The notes under the pieces: model-generated
What the model saw: the letters and a program-made list of their open reading frames with translations, nothing else
Told to the model about the DNA's origin: nothing
The model's database searches: none
Source of the DNA: Ktedonobacterales bacterium
Lineage (GTDB): Bacteria; Chloroflexota; Ktedonobacteria; Ktedonobacterales; JADMIN01
Length of the DNA: 32,622 bases
Direction: 5' to 3'
Assembly: GCA_036265775.1 (NCBI GenBank)
Contig: DATAOM010000355.1
Span: forward strand, 1 to 32,622
Part shown: positions 31,210-32,622 of the stretch, in pieces
Layout of the letters: every line of letters starts with the position of its first letter
Position numbering within the stretch: position 1 is the stretch's first letter
Translations under genes and position numbers: made by a program

Positions 31210-32622
31210 ATGGAGGTTGCGCTGGCGTACGACAGCCCGACGACGGTCATCACGACGCCTGGGGTTTCCGCGCTGGAGATCGCCACCAATCGCCGCCGCG
31301 CGCCCGTCGCGTTCAGGGGTCGGGTGAAAGCGCCCTACCTGCTGCGACAACTCCTGCTCGGGCTGCATCGGGTGATCGTGAGCGACCTGCGCTGGCTCGA
31401 CGAGGACGAGTGGGTACAGATGCTCGACCCCGTCATCACCGTGCATCACGACCAGCTCTTCTTCGAGGCGTTCAGTAACGACCAGTCCTCGTACGCCCGC
31501 CTCTCCGCGCCGCTGGACGCGTTCGAGCCTGAGGGTGAGGTGCGCTACGGGACGACGAATATCGACTTCACCGAGCAACTGCGTGACGCGCTGACGCAGT
31601 TACGCAGCTCGCGGCGCACATTATTGGCGGTGGGCGCGACGGGCTTTGGTGTGACCTCAGCGGTCGGCGCGGGAGCGCGCGAGCATGTCGAGCGCAAGGT
31701 CGATGTGCCGGATGACTGGCTCAAAGGCTTCCTCCAGGTGCAGAGCGCCTTCGCCATGCATCCTTACCAGTTCGACGCCCAGCCGGTGGACCTGCTCTCG
31801 GTGATTGCCTTCTTGCAAGAGAACAAGCCGCCCACACTGCCGCACGGGATGCGCGTCGAGTTCACTCCCGACGCGCCGATTCTGATCGCGCTGGAACCCT
31901 GGGACCAGCGCTTCGTCCTGCGTGGGACGCGCTATAGCGGCTACGAGCGCAGCGTACGCCTCTGGGGGCGACGGCGGCTTGAACTATTGCAGGGTGTGCT
32001 GCCCTACGCCGACAAGGTGACAATTGGGGTGCTGGGGCGCGGCCTGCCACACTACTACATCTGCCATTGCGGGCCGTTTCAGTTCACGCTGGCGCTCTCC
32101 GGCTGGACGAAGAATGACTGGTCGAAGGATAGCGCGTTAGATGCGCTCGCGCCGCGTGGGACACCCGACGTGAAGCTGGTTGCGCGGGTCTACGCCTATC
32201 TCGGCGAGCGCCTGCTGGCGCGCCGGGACGAGATCGCCGCCGACATAGGGATCGAGAAGAGTGAGGCGGAGAGCGCGCTTTTCGCGCTGTGCCGCGCCGG
32301 GCGGGCGATGTATGACCCCACCACACGCCAGTATCGCAACCGCGACCTCTTCGCCGAGCCGCTCGACATCGTGAAGTTGTTCGCGCCGAATCCACGTGCC
32401 CTCGCGGCGCAGCGCCTCGTAGAGGCGGGGGCTGTGTCGCTGGGGGAGATCACGCCGCCTGAGCGCCGGGACGACAATCGCCGCGAGACCCGCGCGGAGG
32501 CGCGTGTGACCGACGGGCAGGTCTACGATGTTCTGGTCTCGGTCGATAGCTCAGGGCGCTTGCGCTTTGGCCGCTGTGGATGCCCCTACTTCCAGAACAA
32601 CCTCTTGTCGCGTGGCCCCTGC
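31210..32622 (+). CDS. SWIM zinc-finger protein with a long N-terminal domain and a winged-helix-like segment; 3'-truncated by the window end
   Basis: Not in the supplied ORF track because it has no stop. I translated frame 1 from ATG 31210 (GGAG 6 nt upstream) to nt 32622 and found no stop (471 codons). It ends in YDVLVSVDSSGRLRFGRCGCPYFQNNLLSRGPC, the first part of a SWIM CxC...C(x)H finger (CxC at 32575-32583). It starts 27 nt after the upstream stop. Confidence 0.85.
   Translation, partial: MEVALAYDSPTTVITTPGVSALEIATNRRRAPVAFRGRVKAPYLLRQLLLGLHRVIVSDLRWLDEDEWVQMLDPVITVHHDQLFFEAFSNDQSSYARLSAPLDAFEPEGEVRYGTTNIDFTEQLRDALTQLRSSRRTLLAVGATGFGVTSAVGAGAREHVERKVDVPDDWLKGFLQVQSAFAMHPYQFDAQPVDLLSVIAFLQENKPPTLPHGMRVEFTPDAPILIALEPWDQRFVLRGTRYSGYERSVRLWGRRRLELLQGVLPYADKVTIGVLGRGLPHYYICHCGPFQFTLALSGWTKNDWSKDSALDALAPRGTPDVKLVARVYAYLGERLLARRDEIAADIGIEKSEAESALFALCRAGRAMYDPTTRQYRNRDLFAEPLDIVKLFAPNPRALAAQRLVEAGAVSLGEITPPERRDDNRRETRAEARVTDGQVYDVLVSVDSSGRLRFGRCGCPYFQNNLLSRGPC

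Noticed and set aside
1-32622. CRISPR arrays, tRNA, rRNA, tmRNA and RNase P
   Set aside because: Reading the intergenic regions showed no regularly spaced direct repeats, no T-loop/anticodon-arm-like tRNA sequence and no rRNA-like stretch. This was done by eye only; tRNAscan-SE/Infernal would be decisive.

Overview
32.6-kb high-GC (about 60% by eye) bacterial chromosomal segment with canonical AGGAGG-type ribosome-binding sites. The taxon cannot be fixed from sequence alone; the gene content would fit Chloroflexota or Actinobacteria. Both window edges cut through genes. I call 22 protein genes, one transposase relic and one intact TnpB-only IS200/IS605-type element. I found no rRNA, tRNA or CRISPR array. 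Backbone content: a co-directional minus-strand array of DUF2252, SulP/STAS, DUF2278 (YukJ-like), cardiolipin synthase, a 7-TM DUF4203-like protein and a second cardiolipin synthase. This is followed by PPK2, a P2-type ATPase with atypical ion-site residues, a second SulP/STAS, a P-loop NTPase, an overlapping NHL-propeller/MFS pair, a lipoprotein and a large BNR/Asp-box propeller protein. Best candidates for something undescribed: (i) at the left edge, a 5'-truncated orphan reverse transcriptase with a non-canonical motif B and a long helical C-terminal extension, followed on the same strand by an SRAP/YedK-like abasic-site protein and a small acidic ORF. (ii) At the right edge, an apparent operon of a 936-aa all-alpha protein with a two-level internal repeat and a protein carrying a winged-helix-like segment and a SWIM zinc finger, cut by the window end. 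(iii) A TnpB element whose matched end hairpins allow its ends, omega RNA and guide to be predicted, and which sits directly on the 5' end of the NHL-MFS pair. Two AT-richer intergenic regions of 0.65-0.8 kb carry good promoter matches and alternative hairpins and may encode leaders or ncRNAs. All family calls come from motif reading of the supplied translations. No database search was run.
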